From the NCBI RefSeq assembly GCF_037042905.1, contig NC_087245.1:8186001-8246000 (forward strand): a DNA stretch of 60,000 nt, in the 5' to 3' direction. Within the stretch, counting starts at the first letter, position 1, and every line of letters begins with the position of its first letter. Positions 59,001-60,000 of this stretch are shown here, one piece after another. The notes beneath the pieces were generated by a model, which ran no database searches, was not told where the DNA came from, and worked only from the letters and a program-made list of their open reading frames with translations. A program made the position numbers and the translations under genes. This DNA is from Lytechinus pictus. Lineage: Eukaryota.

Positions 59001-59803
59001 TGACATCAGTGATGAGGGAGGTTCTTACTATTTACTAGTTTTTTTGCTATTTTTTAATCAAATGATTGTCAGGCCATGTCAGGCTCGATTTATGTCATTG
59101 ATACATGCTCAATAAATAATAAGCGAGTAGAAACATATATATGCATATATATAAATAAATATATATTAAATATTCAATTAATTGGAAATCTATAGAAAAT
59201 GTATTATGTTATAAAAATTTATTGATGTATTTATACTGGTACTGTATTATTGTATAACAAATAAAAGTGAATGAAGATACTGCATGTACATGTAAATAAT
59301 ACAATATCAGTGTCTTTCTGCTAAATTATAACATACAATGTGCATGTACATTTCTTTTCGAGTGCTTTGGACTTTAAAGGGTCAATAATATGAATTACAT
59401 GTGAACTCATTTAAATCTAACAAAAGTGCAGTGGCCACCTTGCCACTACTGCACAATAAAAAAAAATGTAAAATATGAATTGTGAGTTAATTGGGATCAG
59501 TGGTCCGCTCTCAGTAGATTTCATTAATTACTTTTTTTCTTACTCACAGGACCATATGAACACTTATAAATTTATATCTTAAAACTGATTAGTGACTAGA
59601 TATCATTCTGTAATTTTTAAGAAGCACAAAAATTTTGATTTTTTTTTTTTTTTTACTTTCATCAGGCTCCCAATCAAAATAGAACTTTCCTATAAACTTC
59701 CTGAAAAGTTATATCCACTAAAACATGTTTTTATTTCATATCATCCACACTCCAACAGCGCCACCTATATAATTCATATGATTTGAAACAGTGACATGTA
59801 ATA

Positions 59804-60000
59804 CTGTAGAAGCTGTTATTTTCGCGTACAGAATTTTTCGCGAATCGCGGGGGTCCCGACATTTTCGCGGGTTGTTAAATTCGCGATCGGAAGATGTAGA
59901 AAACATTTCCACAGCATTTAAAAGAAGTAAAACTAGTGCAAATCACGTGCAAAACTCTACTCCTTAAAATATCCATGCTGATGTGTCTTTTGTACATAAA
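59804..60000. mobile_element. Start of a TA-flanked CTGTA-ended (Tc1/mariner-like) MITE
   Basis: TA|CTGTAGAAGC followed by repeated TTTTCGCG motifs. The other end is not seen. Confidence 0.5.

Overview
AT-rich, intron-containing animal genomic DNA. The repeat landscape and TACATGTA enrichment suggest an invertebrate deuterostome such as a sea urchin, but that assignment is inference. Four spliced protein-coding loci can be assembled with GT-AG boundaries and consistent phases: (1) a stand-alone P2X7-ballast/Nanor/KolX-like Cys-rich gene on the minus strand that runs off the left edge and appears to lie inside a TTAA-flanked Kolobok-type DNA transposon ending at 1930; (2) ZNF706 (+, 75 aa, with probable non-coding 5' and 3' exons); (3) SNRNP40 (+, 9 coding exons, 349 aa); (4) PI4KB (-, last 11 coding exons, with the 5' end not found in the window). 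Introns are packed with non-autonomous DNA transposons (Kolobok-, Sola2-, hAT-, Tc1/mariner-, Harbinger- and Helentron/HINE-like) and CR1/L2 LINE remnants, several of them nested with readable TIRs and TSDs. Most ORFs in the supplied track are spurious.
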